Assembly (NCBI GenBank): GCA_963669415.2
Contig: CAXXPS010000001.1
Coordinates: forward strand, 499,614 to 563,613
Reading direction: 5' to 3'
Source of the DNA: Rhizobiaceae bacterium
GTDB lineage: Bacteria; Pseudomonadota; Alphaproteobacteria; Rhizobiales; Rhizobiaceae
Length of the DNA: 64,000 bases
Numbering within the stretch: position 1 is the stretch's first letter; every line of letters begins with the position of its first letter. Of this stretch, positions 29,103 to 38,698 are shown piece by piece. Under the pieces are notes generated by a model. That model made no database searches and was not told the DNA's origin. It saw only the letters and a list, made by a program, of their open reading frames with translations. Made by a program: the position numbers and the translations under genes.

Positions 29103-30638
29103 CTATTTGCGGGCACCCTGAACGATGCGATCCAGCATCATGGCGCAGAACAGGATGGCAAATCCGGCAAGGATACCCTGGCCGACATTGGCGTATTGAA
29201 GCGCTTCAAGCACGTCTTCACCCAGCCCCTTGGCGCCGATCAGCGACGCTACCACAACCATCGCCAGCGACAGCATGATCGTCTGGTTGATGCCGGCGCG
29301 GATCGACGGACTGGCCAGCGGCAGATCGACCTTGGTCAGCAGATACCACTTGCTGGCGCCAAACGAGATCGCCGCCTCACGCACATGTTCGGGCACGCCG
29401 CGCAAACCCAGTACCGTGAGGCGCACCACGGGTGTGCCGCCAAAGATCATGGTCGTGACCACGGCAGCCGGTTTGCCGGTGCCGAAAAACGCGATGACGG
29501 GAATCATGAACACGAAGGCCGGCATGGTCTGCATGAAATCCATGATCGGCTGGATGAAGTTGTAAAATCGCGGCCGCCGCGCAGCATACATGCCCAGCGG
29601 AATTCCAATGGCGATCGACAGACAGGCCGCCGTGCCCAGCAGCGCCAGCGTCGTCATCGCCTTTTCCCAGAAACCCAGCAATCCGATGAATGCCAGAAAT
29701 GCTCCGGAATAAATCGCTGTCTGGTAGCCGGCTGACAACCAGGTCATCAGTACGATGAAGCTGGCCACCACGATCCAAGGCGTCTGGACAAAGATCACCT
29801 CCAGTGCATCCAGGAGCAGGCGAATGACATAGGTGATCGAATCGAACAGGGCATCGCCATTGGTGACCGCAAAGGTGAAAAACGCCTCGACCCACGAAAT
29901 GGCGGTCAGCCTGATTTCCGGCAATGTCGGAAAATCAGCCAGCAACGGGAAACTGCCGGGAAAACTGTAGTGCAGCATGGCGACAATGACGATGATGACC
30001 ATGAAGACGGCGCTGAACGCCATGTGTCGCACCGGCATTCCGGAAGGCAGTTCAGGATTGGACAGCCAGTCGGAAAACCGGGCCTCCAGCACGGTGTTGG
30101 CCACCACCGATTGTACAGCCTTGGCGATCAACAGCACGACCAGCCCGGTCAGTGCGATCCATATGCCTTGTTCGGCCAGCAGCTCGGCCTCCAGTCGGAT
30201 GTCGCCAATGGCGGCTTCCAGCGATTCCACTGTGCGCTTGTAGACATCGATCTTGTCTGAATTGTCTTCTATTGCCGCCGCCAGTTGCTGACGGCGCAAT
30301 TCCAGCGTGCCTTCAATGGAAGCGATACGTTCGCGCGCTTCCGCGGCCAGGTCACCGAACAGTCCGAGCGCGATCTGCACGAAGCCGAAGGTCTCGAGGA
30401 TCAAAAAGCCGACTGCCCATTTCCACAGGCTGCGCGCGCCAAACCAGATCGGACCGAACAGGCCGGCCATCAGGTTGAATGTCGGCGTGAATTTCGAACT
30501 GCTGCGAATGGCGTCGAACCGTTGGGCGTAATAGCCGGGGCTGGTGCGTACGAAGCGCTCGATCTCCTCGTTTTGGTTGGTGCCTGCCGTCTCGTCGCTG
30601 TTTTTGACCGGAACCAGATCGTCAATCGGACTGTTCAT
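29103..30638 (-). CDS. proW: glycine betaine/proline-type ABC transporter permease (ProW-like) with long N-terminal extension
   Basis: The C-terminal 280 aa form a typical BPD permease (EAA loop REAAISFGASKW). The N-terminal roughly 230 aa hold a DUF2628-like membrane module followed by a coiled coil. Confidence 0.8.
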   Translation of the reverse strand: MNSPIDDLVPVKNSDETAGTNQNEEIERFVRTSPGYYAQRFDAIRSSSKFTPTFNLMAGLFGPIWFGARSLWKWAVGFLILETFGFVQIALGLFGDLAAEARERIASIEGTLELRRQQLAAAIEDNSDKIDVYKRTVESLEAAIGDIRLEAELLAEQGIWIALTGLVVLLIAKAVQSVVANTVLEARFSDWLSNPELPSGMPVRHMAFSAVFMVIIVIVAMLHYSFPGSFPLLADFPTLPEIRLTAISWVEAFFTFAVTNGDALFDSITYVIRLLLDALEVIFVQTPWIVVASFIVLMTWLSAGYQTAIYSGAFLAFIGLLGFWEKAMTTLALLGTAACLSIAIGIPLGMYAARRPRFYNFIQPIMDFMQTMPAFVFMIPVIAFFGTGKPAAVVTTMIFGGTPVVRLTVLGLRGVPEHVREAAISFGASKWYLLTKVDLPLASPSIRAGINQTIMLSLAMVVVASLIGAKGLGEDVLEALQYANVGQGILAGFAILFCAMMLDRIVQGARK

Positions 30639-31687
30639 GACATTTCGGTGCCCTCGATCACCGTTTTGAGTAGGTCGCGCCGTGTGATGACCCCGACATC
30701 CGCGCCGCCATCCTCGACAATGATGGGCGCTTCCTCTTCCATTGCCAGGCTGATCAGGGCGCTGAGTGTCTCGCCTTCGTTGACGCGTTGATGCTTTTTC
30801 AGGACCTTGCCACCGCCAGCCTTGAACGCGTCGATTTTCTGCATGACGGCATGCGCACGCACCACCTTCAGCCGTGAAATACCGGCAACGAAATCGGCGA
30901 CATAGTCGTCAGCCGGATGCATGACGATTTCTTCAGCTGTGCCGATCTGCACCACGCGCCCGTCGCGCATGATCGCGATACGGTCACCGACCCGAACCGC
31001 TTCGTCCAGGTCATGGGTAATGAAGATCGTTGTTTTCTTGAGGATCTGCGACAGGTTAATGAATTCGTCCTGCAACTGCCTGCGGATCAGCGGATCAAGC
31101 GCGCTGAACGGCTCGTCCATCAGCAGCACGTCCGGATCAGCCGCGAGCGCTCGTGCCAGACCGACCCTTTGCTGCATACCGCCCGACAATTCATGGGCAA
31201 ACTTGTTGCCCCACGCACCCAGCTCAACAATATCGAGAATTTTTTCCGCCTGGCGCATGCGGTCATTCTTGTTGATCTGCCGGATTTCCAGCGGCATGGC
31301 CACGTTATCGAGAACCGAGCGGTGCGGCAGCAGGGCAAAATTCTGGAACACCATGCCGATCTTGCGGTTACGGAACTGCCGCAGCTCTTTCGGCTCGAGC
31401 CCCATGACATCCGTGCCTTCGATACGGATGCTTCCGGCCGTCGGTTCCAGTAACCTGTTGAAGTGGCGCACCAGGGTCGATTTTCCGCTGCCGGAAAGAC
31501 CCATGACGCAGAAAATCTCGCCACGGTTCACTTCAAGGCTGACATCGGCAACACCGACGACTGCATTGAACTTTGCAAGCACCTCGGCCTTGGAAAGCCC
31601 GTCCGACCTGATCGCCGACAGGGCCTCCGCAGCGTTGTCACCAAATACCTTCCACACATTGGCGACTTCAATGACTGTGTCGTTCAT
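30635..31687 (-). CDS. proV: glycine betaine/proline ABC transporter ATP-binding protein with C-terminal CBS pair
   Basis: It has Walker A GLSGSGKST, the signature LSGGMQQRVGLARAL and Walker B LLMDEPFSALD, followed by a CBS-like tail. The stop overlaps the proW start. Confidence 0.92.
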   Translation of the reverse strand: MNDTVIEVANVWKVFGDNAAEALSAIRSDGLSKAEVLAKFNAVVGVADVSLEVNRGEIFCVMGLSGSGKSTLVRHFNRLLEPTAGSIRIEGTDVMGLEPKELRQFRNRKIGMVFQNFALLPHRSVLDNVAMPLEIRQINKNDRMRQAEKILDIVELGAWGNKFAHELSGGMQQRVGLARALAADPDVLLMDEPFSALDPLIRRQLQDEFINLSQILKKTTIFITHDLDEAVRVGDRIAIMRDGRVVQIGTAEEIVMHPADDYVADFVAGISRLKVVRAHAVMQKIDAFKAGGGKVLKKHQRVNEGETLSALISLAMEEEAPIIVEDGGADVGVITRRDLLKTVIEGTEMS

Positions 31688-31824
31688 TTCATGCGCCCCG
31701 ATAGCCTTCCAGCAATGCGCTGGCCTGGCTCAATTTAGCCGGCACCAGAACCGCGCCCCATTGGTGCAGGCAGGATCGCGGCGCCGGATGAGTGGTCGGC
31801 ACCGCGGATTGCAAATTCGCGGCC

Positions 31825-32790
31825 CTACAGGCCAAGCCATGCGTCGACGCGGTCCGGATTGGCTTCAACCCATGCCTTGGCGACATCAGCCGGATCTTTT
31901 CCGTTGCCGGAAATCTCAAAGGCAAATCCGCTCACATCGTCAGCCGTCAGAGAGAACCGCTCGAAAAACTCGGCAATTGCCGGCGACCTGTCCTTCAACG
32001 TGTTTGCCCAGGCAATCTGCACGTCCTTCAGCGCATCCTTGGAAGCGACCATTGACTTGTTGAACCAGTCCGGATCGTCTGAAGGCTGGATCATCACATA
32101 TTTCGCCGGATCATAGGTCGGCTCGCTCAGCATCTGGACGTCGAACATGTACCAGATGGCGTGCGGCTTGTAGCAATAGAAGGCGTAGCCCTCGTCCTTC
32201 GCTATCGAGTCCTTCACACGCGCAGTCTTGACGCTTTCTTCGGCCCGGATCGGCTCGATGAAGTCCATTAGGCCGTAGTCACGAACCTTGACCTCATTGA
32301 CATTGGCCGAAGCCCAGCCCGGCGCACCGATCCACATCTCACCCTTGCCATTGCCGTCGCTGTCCATCTTCGCGGCAACGTCCGGCCGGCCCAGGTCAGC
32401 AATGTCGGTAATGTTGTTGGCTTCACCGAAATTCTTCGACACGCAGAAGCCCTGATTGCCCTCATACGGGTTGCTCGACAGGGTAACCGTCTTTTCGCCA
32501 TCAACATATTTCTTGGTGAAGCTTTCCTGGTTCGGAAGCCAGACATCCGGATGAACGTCGATATCGCCATTGCCCTGATGCATGGCCTGGAAGATCGTCG
32601 CGTTGTTGCCCGGCACCAATTCGGCTTCGCCGCCGATACGCATCTCGACAACGGCTTTCAACAAATGCGCAATGGCCTGTGCGCCCGTCCACGACGGGAC
32701 ACCGATATTGACCTTCTCTGCGCCAATGGCCGAGCCGGCCACCAGCGACAAGGCCGTGGCCATTGCCAGTGATTTGAGTTTCAGTTTCAT
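31825..32790 (-). CDS. proX: glycine betaine-type ABC transporter substrate-binding protein
   Basis: A GGAGGA RBS precedes ATG 32790. It has the signal peptide MKLKLKSLAMATALSLVAGSAIGA and an OpuAC/ProX-like sequence. The longer 32871 start would overlap the neighbouring gene. Confidence 0.8.
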   Translation of the reverse strand: MKLKLKSLAMATALSLVAGSAIGAEKVNIGVPSWTGAQAIAHLLKAVVEMRIGGEAELVPGNNATIFQAMHQGNGDIDVHPDVWLPNQESFTKKYVDGEKTVTLSSNPYEGNQGFCVSKNFGEANNITDIADLGRPDVAAKMDSDGNGKGEMWIGAPGWASANVNEVKVRDYGLMDFIEPIRAEESVKTARVKDSIAKDEGYAFYCYKPHAIWYMFDVQMLSEPTYDPAKYVMIQPSDDPDWFNKSMVASKDALKDVQIAWANTLKDRSPAIAEFFERFSLTADDVSGFAFEISGNGKDPADVAKAWVEANPDRVDAWLGL

Positions 32791-32833
32791 GCTTTCCTCC
32801 ATTGGATTGTCTTTCAATTTGCTTTGCGCAGAC

Positions 32834-33874
32834 TCATCCCCCATTCCCAAAATCTTCATCTTCATAGGCAAACAGCGCTGCAGAACCGCCGGTATGAAGA
32901 AACAGCACCCGTTCGGTCGGCTTGAAAAATCTTTCGCGTACCAGCCCGATCAACCCCGCCATTCCCTTTGCCGAATAAACCGGATCAAGCAGAATGCCCT
33001 CATGGCGCGCAGTGATGGCGATCGCCTCGAGTGTCGACGGAGCGGGAATGCCGTAACCTTCGCCAACGAAGCGGTCATCAACCAGAACACGGCTTGGATT
33101 CACGGGTGGCGCATCAAACATTTCCAGCGTGGATTTTGTCAGTCCATGCACCGCCGAAATCTGTTTGTCTCTTGGATGACGCACACTGATGCCCATCACA
33201 GGAAGATCGTGGTTCAACATATGCAGACCCGCGACAAGACCGGCCTGTGTGCCGGTGCTTCCCGTTGCCGTAACCAGCCAATCAAAGCCTTGATCAACGT
33301 CGGCGCTCTGGTTGGCGATTTCCAATGCACATGACACATAACCCAGCGCTCCGACCGTGTTGGAGCCGCCACCGGGAATGAAATACGGTTTGTGCCCGTC
33401 TGCCTTGAGTTTGTCCGCAACCGCCATCGCTTCTGCGTTCATGTCGAGCCCTGCCGGGCGGAATTCGAGTGTCGCGCCAAACAGCTTGTCGAAGAACACA
33501 TTGCCGGTGCTTTCATAGCTGGATTGCCGTCCGGGTACTCGCCGCTCCAGCAGCGCGTGGCATTTGAGCCCGTAGCGACAGGCCGCGGCAGCGGTTTGGC
33601 GCACATGATTGGATTGTACCGCGCCCTGGGTCACCAGCATGTCGGCACCCTGCGCCAGCGCGTCGCCAACCAGGAATTCAAGCTTTCTGGTCTTGTTGCC
33701 ACCGGTTGCCAGTCCGGTGCAGTCGTCGCGCTTGACGAAAAGTTGCGGCCCGGCAAGTGCCTCACTCAGCCGAACCATCGGTTCGATAGGGGTCGGCTGG
33801 TGGCAAAGGGAAACTCTGGGATACCGGTCCAGATCGAGGGCGGGTGAGGGTTTGGAAACAGCAGCAACGACCAT
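32834..33874 (-). CDS. PLP-dependent D-cysteine desulfhydrase / ACC deaminase family protein
   Basis: It has the motifs FVKRDDCTGLATGGNKTRKLEFLV (PLP lysine) and QSNHVRQTAAA. 346 aa. Confidence 0.85.
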   Translation of the reverse strand: MVVAAVSKPSPALDLDRYPRVSLCHQPTPIEPMVRLSEALAGPQLFVKRDDCTGLATGGNKTRKLEFLVGDALAQGADMLVTQGAVQSNHVRQTAAAACRYGLKCHALLERRVPGRQSSYESTGNVFFDKLFGATLEFRPAGLDMNAEAMAVADKLKADGHKPYFIPGGGSNTVGALGYVSCALEIANQSADVDQGFDWLVTATGSTGTQAGLVAGLHMLNHDLPVMGISVRHPRDKQISAVHGLTKSTLEMFDAPPVNPSRVLVDDRFVGEGYGIPAPSTLEAIAITARHEGILLDPVYSAKGMAGLIGLVRERFFKPTERVLFLHTGGSAALFAYEDEDFGNGG

Positions 33875-33976
33875 GGGGGACCCGTGTGATTAACCGGGCA
33901 AGCGTCGCGCAAATTCGCCATTGCCGCCAATGCTATGTTTCAATAACATGATGCGTTTTCTGCATAGGATCGACTG

Positions 33977-34906
33977 ATGGACGTCTTGTGGTTCCGTGAT
34001 TTGGCGAATCTGGCAAGAACCGGAAACTTCTCGCAGGCAGCGAAGCTGGGAAATGTCAGTCAGCCCGCTTTCAGCCGCCGGATAAAGGCGATTGAGAACT
34101 GGGTCGGCGCAACGCTGGTGGACCGCACCAAACATCCGGTTTCGCTGACCGACGCCGGGCGGCAGATGCTGGAGGCCGGCGAACAGGCGCTTGCCCGCAT
34201 CGAAAACGAGCGATCGCAAATTCGCGAGGCGCAATCATTTCCGGATCGATATGTGGTCAAATTCGGTGCACAGCATTCCATTGGCTGGCGCTTCTTCCCT
34301 GCCTGGCTGCAGGCATTTGAAAATTCGTTCGGCCCGATCATTTCAAGATTGCGGGCAGACGATCTGCCCAATTGCTTGAAGGACCTCACCGACGGTGAAG
34401 TCGACTTCGCCATCGCCTATGCCAGCCGCTACGTGAGGAATGTGGCGCCAGGTCGCGAATTCGATTCCATCGTGATCGGACATGACACCCTGATCCCGGT
34501 TTGCAAATGCGCGTCAAGTGGTCAGCCGCTGTTTGATCTTGGCGATCCGGACGGGCCTGCGACCCCCTATTTGCGATTTGGGGACAATGCTCCGATCAAC
34601 GATCATATCGAACCGCTTCTGACCGAGCGCGGTCTCAGCAGCCGGCTGAAAACTGCTTATGAAAATTCCATGGCCGGAGCACTTCGGATCCGCGCGCGCG
34701 AAGGCACCGGTGTTGCGTGGCTTCCCAAAAGCCTGGTGGCGCCGGACATCGAAGCAGGACTGATGATTCCCGCCGGGGGTGCGGCGTTGCAAATCAACCT
34801 CGACATCCGCCTGCACCGGAATTCCCAGCATTCAAACGGACTGACGCGAAAAATCTGGTCGTTTCTTTCCGTTCGACAATCCGTGCCGCTTTTGCCATTG
34901 CATTAG
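33977..34906 (+). CDS. LysR family transcriptional regulator
   Basis: It has the wHTH LANLARTGNFSQAAKLGNVSQPAFSRRIKAIE and is divergent from the desulfhydrase-family gene. Confidence 0.9.
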   Translation: MDVLWFRDLANLARTGNFSQAAKLGNVSQPAFSRRIKAIENWVGATLVDRTKHPVSLTDAGRQMLEAGEQALARIENERSQIREAQSFPDRYVVKFGAQHSIGWRFFPAWLQAFENSFGPIISRLRADDLPNCLKDLTDGEVDFAIAYASRYVRNVAPGREFDSIVIGHDTLIPVCKCASSGQPLFDLGDPDGPATPYLRFGDNAPINDHIEPLLTERGLSSRLKTAYENSMAGALRIRAREGTGVAWLPKSLVAPDIEAGLMIPAGGAALQINLDIRLHRNSQHSNGLTRKIWSFLSVRQSVPLLPLH

Positions 34907-34942
34907 AGCTGGAGCGTTTTCAGCGTGAAGCAATCGCGCTGC

Positions 34943-35560
34943 TCAATCCTGGATCACGACGTCGGCCTCGCGCGACCTTTCTTTCACCAACCGCGCATTG
35001 ACCATGTCATTTTCGCGGGCACGTGTTTCGGCCGCCTTTTGGTCGTGGCCATGATCGAGCCAGCGCTGAATGAGACGGTTTTCAAGTTCATCGTCGGCGA
35101 CTTCGAGGAATACAGTCAGATCGAATAGCGGCGCGAGATTTGCCCATGGATCGGCGTTGAGCAGCAGATAGTTACCTTCAGCAACTATCAGGCGGCTTTC
35201 CGGTGCGATGATCCTTCCGCCAGCGCGTGCGAGGTCGAGTTCGCGGTCGAAGACCGGAACGGCAATTGGCTGATCACCCTTCCGGATCGCACCCAAAATC
35301 CGGAAAAATCCGCCGGAATCGAAGGTTTCGGGCGCACCCTTTCGCGGTAACTGCCCTCGCTCTTCCAATACCGCATTGTCAAAGTGAAAGCCGTCCATCG
35401 GAAGCAACGCTGCGTTCTCGCCCATTAAATTGAGATTTTCCACCAGTTCAGCCGCCAATGTCGACTTGCCCGAACCGGGCGGACCGGCAATTGCCGTGAT
35501 GAAACGGCCTTGGTCCCGCGTACGTCGAATGATTTCGGCTGCCAGTTCCTGCGCTTCCAT
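34943..35560 (-). CDS. frcK: P-loop nucleoside/sugar kinase-like protein (FrcK-like)
   Basis: It has the Walker A motif AGPPGSGKSTLA. It is the last gene after the ABC ATPase (TGAcATG junction at 35558-35564), which matches the frcBCAK layout described in Sinorhizobium meliloti. Confidence 0.6.
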   Translation of the reverse strand: MEAQELAAEIIRRTRDQGRFITAIAGPPGSGKSTLAAELVENLNLMGENAALLPMDGFHFDNAVLEERGQLPRKGAPETFDSGGFFRILGAIRKGDQPIAVPVFDRELDLARAGGRIIAPESRLIVAEGNYLLLNADPWANLAPLFDLTVFLEVADDELENRLIQRWLDHGHDQKAAETRARENDMVNARLVKERSREADVVIQD

Positions 35561-35561
35561 G

Positions 35562-36338
35562 TCAGGCCGCAGCCGCCTCCTGCGGCGGCTCTTTCGCACC
35601 GGTCATGAAGGCAACCGCATCGGACATGGAGTAATCTTTGGGATCGATTACACACAGACGCTTGCCCAGCCGGTGCACATGAATCCTGTCCGCAACTTCA
35701 AACACATGCGGCATGTTGTGGCTGATAAGAATGATCGGAATGCCGCGCGATCTGACGTCCAGGATCAACTCCAGCACCCGGCGGGATTCCTTGACACCGA
35801 GCGCTGCCGTCGGTTCGTCGAGAATAATGACTTTCGATCCAAATGCCGCCGCCCGCGCCACGGCCACACCCTGACGCTGCCCGCCAGACAGGGTTTCGAC
35901 CGCCTGTTTGATGTTCTGGATCGTCATCAATCCGAGTTCGGACAGTTTCTCACGGGCAAATTTTTCCATCGCTGCCCGATCGAGCTGGCGAAGCAGCGAG
36001 CCGCGAATTCCGGGTTTGCGAATCTCACGGCCCATGAACATATTGTCAGCGATCGACAACGCCGGGCTCATGGCAAGGGTTTGATAAACAGTCTCGATTC
36101 CGGCTTCCCGGGCGGCAATCGGCGACTGGAAACTGACCTGCCGACCTTCAAGATAGACCTCTCCCTCGTCTGCAATGACCGCTCCTGACACCGCCTTGAT
36201 CAGCGTCGATTTTCCAGCGCCGTTGTCTCCGATAACCGCAAGAATTTCGCCAGGCATGAGTTCAAAGTCGCAATGATCGAGTGCTACGACCTTGCCAAAG
36301 CGCTTGACGAGATTCCGTGCTTTCAGAACCGGCTCCAT
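35562..36338 (-). CDS. frcA: sugar ABC transporter ATP-binding protein
   Basis: 258 aa from MEPVLKARNL. It has Walker A GDNGAGKST, the signature LSGGQRQGVAVARA and Walker B ILDEPTAAL. Its start overlaps the permease stop. The 486-aa ORF is an artefactual extension. Confidence 0.88.
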   Translation of the reverse strand: MEPVLKARNLVKRFGKVVALDHCDFELMPGEILAVIGDNGAGKSTLIKAVSGAVIADEGEVYLEGRQVSFQSPIAAREAGIETVYQTLAMSPALSIADNMFMGREIRKPGIRGSLLRQLDRAAMEKFAREKLSELGLMTIQNIKQAVETLSGGQRQGVAVARAAAFGSKVIILDEPTAALGVKESRRVLELILDVRSRGIPIILISHNMPHVFEVADRIHVHRLGKRLCVIDPKDYSMSDAVAFMTGAKEPPQEAAAA

Positions 36339-37420
36339 CACGCAGATACCTTTCTGATCCACTGGTCCACCGCGACGGCGGCGATGATCAGCAGGCCAAT
36401 CAACAGGAACGTCCACTGCGCATCCGCGCCGAGCAGGCGCAGTCCCAAGGTGAACACGCCAACGATCAGTGCGCCGAACAGTGTGCCCAGGATCGATCCC
36501 CTGCCGCCAAACAGCGAAATTCCGCCGATCACCACGGCTGTTATGCTTTCGATATTGGCAAGCTGGCCCGAGGTCGGTGAAACGGAGCCAATCCGTCCGA
36601 TCAACGCCCAGCCCGCGAATGCGCAAATCAGGCCTGAAAGCATGTAGACCGAGATGAGCGTTCGTTTGACGTCGACGCCTGAAAGTTCGGCAGCTTCGGG
36701 ATCGTCGCCAACGGCATAGACATGCCTGCCCCAGGCGGTGTGCCTCAACACATAGGCAAGCACCAAGACCAGCACTACCATGAAAATCGTGCCGACGGTG
36801 AACACCGCGCCGCCAATCTTGAATTTCTCGCCGAACAACTGAAGCAGCGGTGCGTGTTCGGCAATATCCTGGGAGCGGATGGTCTCGTTCGCCGAATAAA
36901 GGAAATTCGTCGCCAGAACGATCTGCCACATGCCGAGCGTGACGATGAACGGCGGCAGCTTTACGCGGGCGACCAGCCAACCATTGATGAAACCGCACAG
37001 CGTTCCGCAAAGCAGACCACAAGCAACAGCCACAGGCGTCGGCAATCCGTACCGGAAAGCAAACTGCCCCATGACAACAGATGAGAGAACCATGATGGCG
37101 CCGACGGAAAGATCAATTCCGGCCGTCAGAATGACCAGGCTCTGCGCCGCAGCAACAATTCCGACAATTTGAACCTGCTGAAGGATCAACGTCAGAGCGA
37201 AGGGAGAGAAGAATTTCGACCCAAGCAGCAGTCCAAATACGGCGATGGAAAGCAGCAGAACGATCAAGGGCACTGCCGACGGCGTCACGTGCAGAAAATG
37301 CTGCAGGCGCGAAATCAGGCCGTGTGGTTCGTCGACGAACTCGGCAATCGCTTCGCTTCGCGATACCGCACCTTCGAAATCGTCTGCGCTTGACACTTTC
37401 CTACCGCTCCCCTCAGCCAA
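36338..37420 (-). CDS. frcC: sugar ABC transporter permease (RbsC/AraH family)
   Basis: 360 aa and multi-TM, with the family-typical motif TAGIDLSVGAIM. Confidence 0.88.
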   Translation of the reverse strand: MAEGSGRKVSSADDFEGAVSRSEAIAEFVDEPHGLISRLQHFLHVTPSAVPLIVLLLSIAVFGLLLGSKFFSPFALTLILQQVQIVGIVAAAQSLVILTAGIDLSVGAIMVLSSVVMGQFAFRYGLPTPVAVACGLLCGTLCGFINGWLVARVKLPPFIVTLGMWQIVLATNFLYSANETIRSQDIAEHAPLLQLFGEKFKIGGAVFTVGTIFMVVLVLVLAYVLRHTAWGRHVYAVGDDPEAAELSGVDVKRTLISVYMLSGLICAFAGWALIGRIGSVSPTSGQLANIESITAVVIGGISLFGGRGSILGTLFGALIVGVFTLGLRLLGADAQWTFLLIGLLIIAAVAVDQWIRKVSA

Positions 37421-37447
37421 CAGAATATCGGCTGATCCATGAAATTA

Positions 37448-37471
37448 CGGGGCGGGCTAAAACCCGCCCCG
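37448..37471 (-). terminator. GC-rich intercistronic stem-loop between the SBP gene and the permease gene
   Basis: cggggcggg-ctaaaa-cccgccccg forms a perfect 9-bp stem. On the transcribed strand it is followed by UAAUUUC. This fits the partial-terminator or mRNA-stabiliser hairpins seen after SBP genes. Confidence 0.5.
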
Positions 37472-37500
37472 CAGACTGTTTCACGCAAAAGGTTGAAGGA

Positions 37501-38532
37501 TCAACCCCAGCAGAGCTCGGTTCCTTTGGCGGTGTCGATCGACTCAACACCGTCAACGGCCTTGTCGGTCACAAGGGCGACACCGGTATCAAAGAAATCC
37601 TTGCCGGGCGTGTTTTCGGGTTTTGAACCATCTTTGGCCCAGGCGGCGATCGCCTCGATGCCAAGTGACGCCATCAATAGCGGATACTGCTGGGAGGTTG
37701 CACCAATAACGCCGTCCTTGACGTTCTGGACGCCCGGGCAGCCGCCGTCGACCGAGACGATCAGTACGTCATTCTCGCGGCCAATGGCTTTCAGTGCCTC
37801 ATATGCACCGGCGGCGGCAGGCTCGTTGATCGTGTAGACGACGTTGATCATCGGATCTTTTGCAAGAAGGTTCTCCATCGCCCTGCGTCCACCTTCCTCA
37901 TTGCCTGCAGTCACATCGTGACCAACGATGCGAGGATCGGTTTCGTCACCCCACTTTTTGGGATCGCCTAGGTCAATTCCAAATCCCTGCATGAAGCCCT
38001 GGTCGCGCAATACGCCAACGGAAGGTTGAGAAACGGCAAGATCGAGCATTCCGATCTTGGCATTGGCTGCCTCGGCGCCGAGGCTTGCGGCCGCCCATTT
38101 TCCGATCAGCTCGCCGGCGAGAAAATTGTCGGTGGCAAATGTTGCGTCAGCGGCATCGATCGGTTCCAGAGGCGTGTCGAGCGCAATAACCAGAAGGCCG
38201 GCATCGCGGGCCTGGCTCACTGCCGAGACAATTGACGAGGTATCCGATGCGGTCAGCAGAATTCCCTTCGCACCGTCAGCGATACAGGTCTCAATAGCCG
38301 CAACCTGCGTTTCGTGATCGCCGTCAATCTTGCCTGCAAAGCTTTTCAACTCAATGCCAAGTTCCTCAGCCTTGGCCGTCGCACCTTCCTTCATCTTGAC
38401 GAAGAAAGGATTCGTATCGGTTTTGGTGATCAAGCAAGCCCCGATGGAGTGGCTTGCCGCCTGAGCCTGCGTCGCAAATGCGGCACCAAGCGCCATCGCA
38501 CCAAGGGTTGAAGCGATAAGTGTCTTCTTCAT
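37501..38532 (-). CDS. frcB: sugar ABC transporter periplasmic binding protein
   Basis: A GGGAGGA RBS precedes ATG 38532. It has the signal peptide [25 protein letters not shown] and a type I periplasmic-binding-protein sequence. Confidence 0.88.
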   Translation of the reverse strand: MKKTLIASTLGAMALGAAFATQAQAASHSIGACLITKTDTNPFFVKMKEGATAKAEELGIELKSFAGKIDGDHETQVAAIETCIADGAKGILLTASDTSSIVSAVSQARDAGLLVIALDTPLEPIDAADATFATDNFLAGELIGKWAAASLGAEAANAKIGMLDLAVSQPSVGVLRDQGFMQGFGIDLGDPKKWGDETDPRIVGHDVTAGNEEGGRRAMENLLAKDPMINVVYTINEPAAAGAYEALKAIGRENDVLIVSVDGGCPGVQNVKDGVIGATSQQYPLLMASLGIEAIAAWAKDGSKPENTPGKDFFDTGVALVTDKAVDGVESIDTAKGTELCWG

Positions 38533-38698
38533 GGGTGTCCTCCCGAAAAATGTCGAAGTGATCATCATCCGGCGTCGATGTGTGCGGTCCGCCGACATTC
38601 AGATCCGACTGGAGGAAACAGCAAATGCCAAATACTGTCAATAAATAAATAAACTTGATTTATTAATTTTTTCGCCCAATCATGGGCAGCGGTATGAT

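Noticed and set aside
30921-32063. 380-aa plus-strand ORF
   Set aside because: It is antisense to proV and proX, is Ser/Arg/Pro-rich, and has no motifs.
32791-32871. 27-codon extension of the proX ORF
   Set aside because: It would overlap the upstream desulfhydrase-family gene. ATG 32790 has a GGAGGA RBS and starts a canonical signal peptide.
35562-37022. 486-aa minus-strand ORF extending the ABC ATPase upstream
   Set aside because: The extension overlaps the permease gene in another frame and is Arg/Trp-rich. The ATPase begins at MEPVLK (ATG 36338), overlapping the permease stop.
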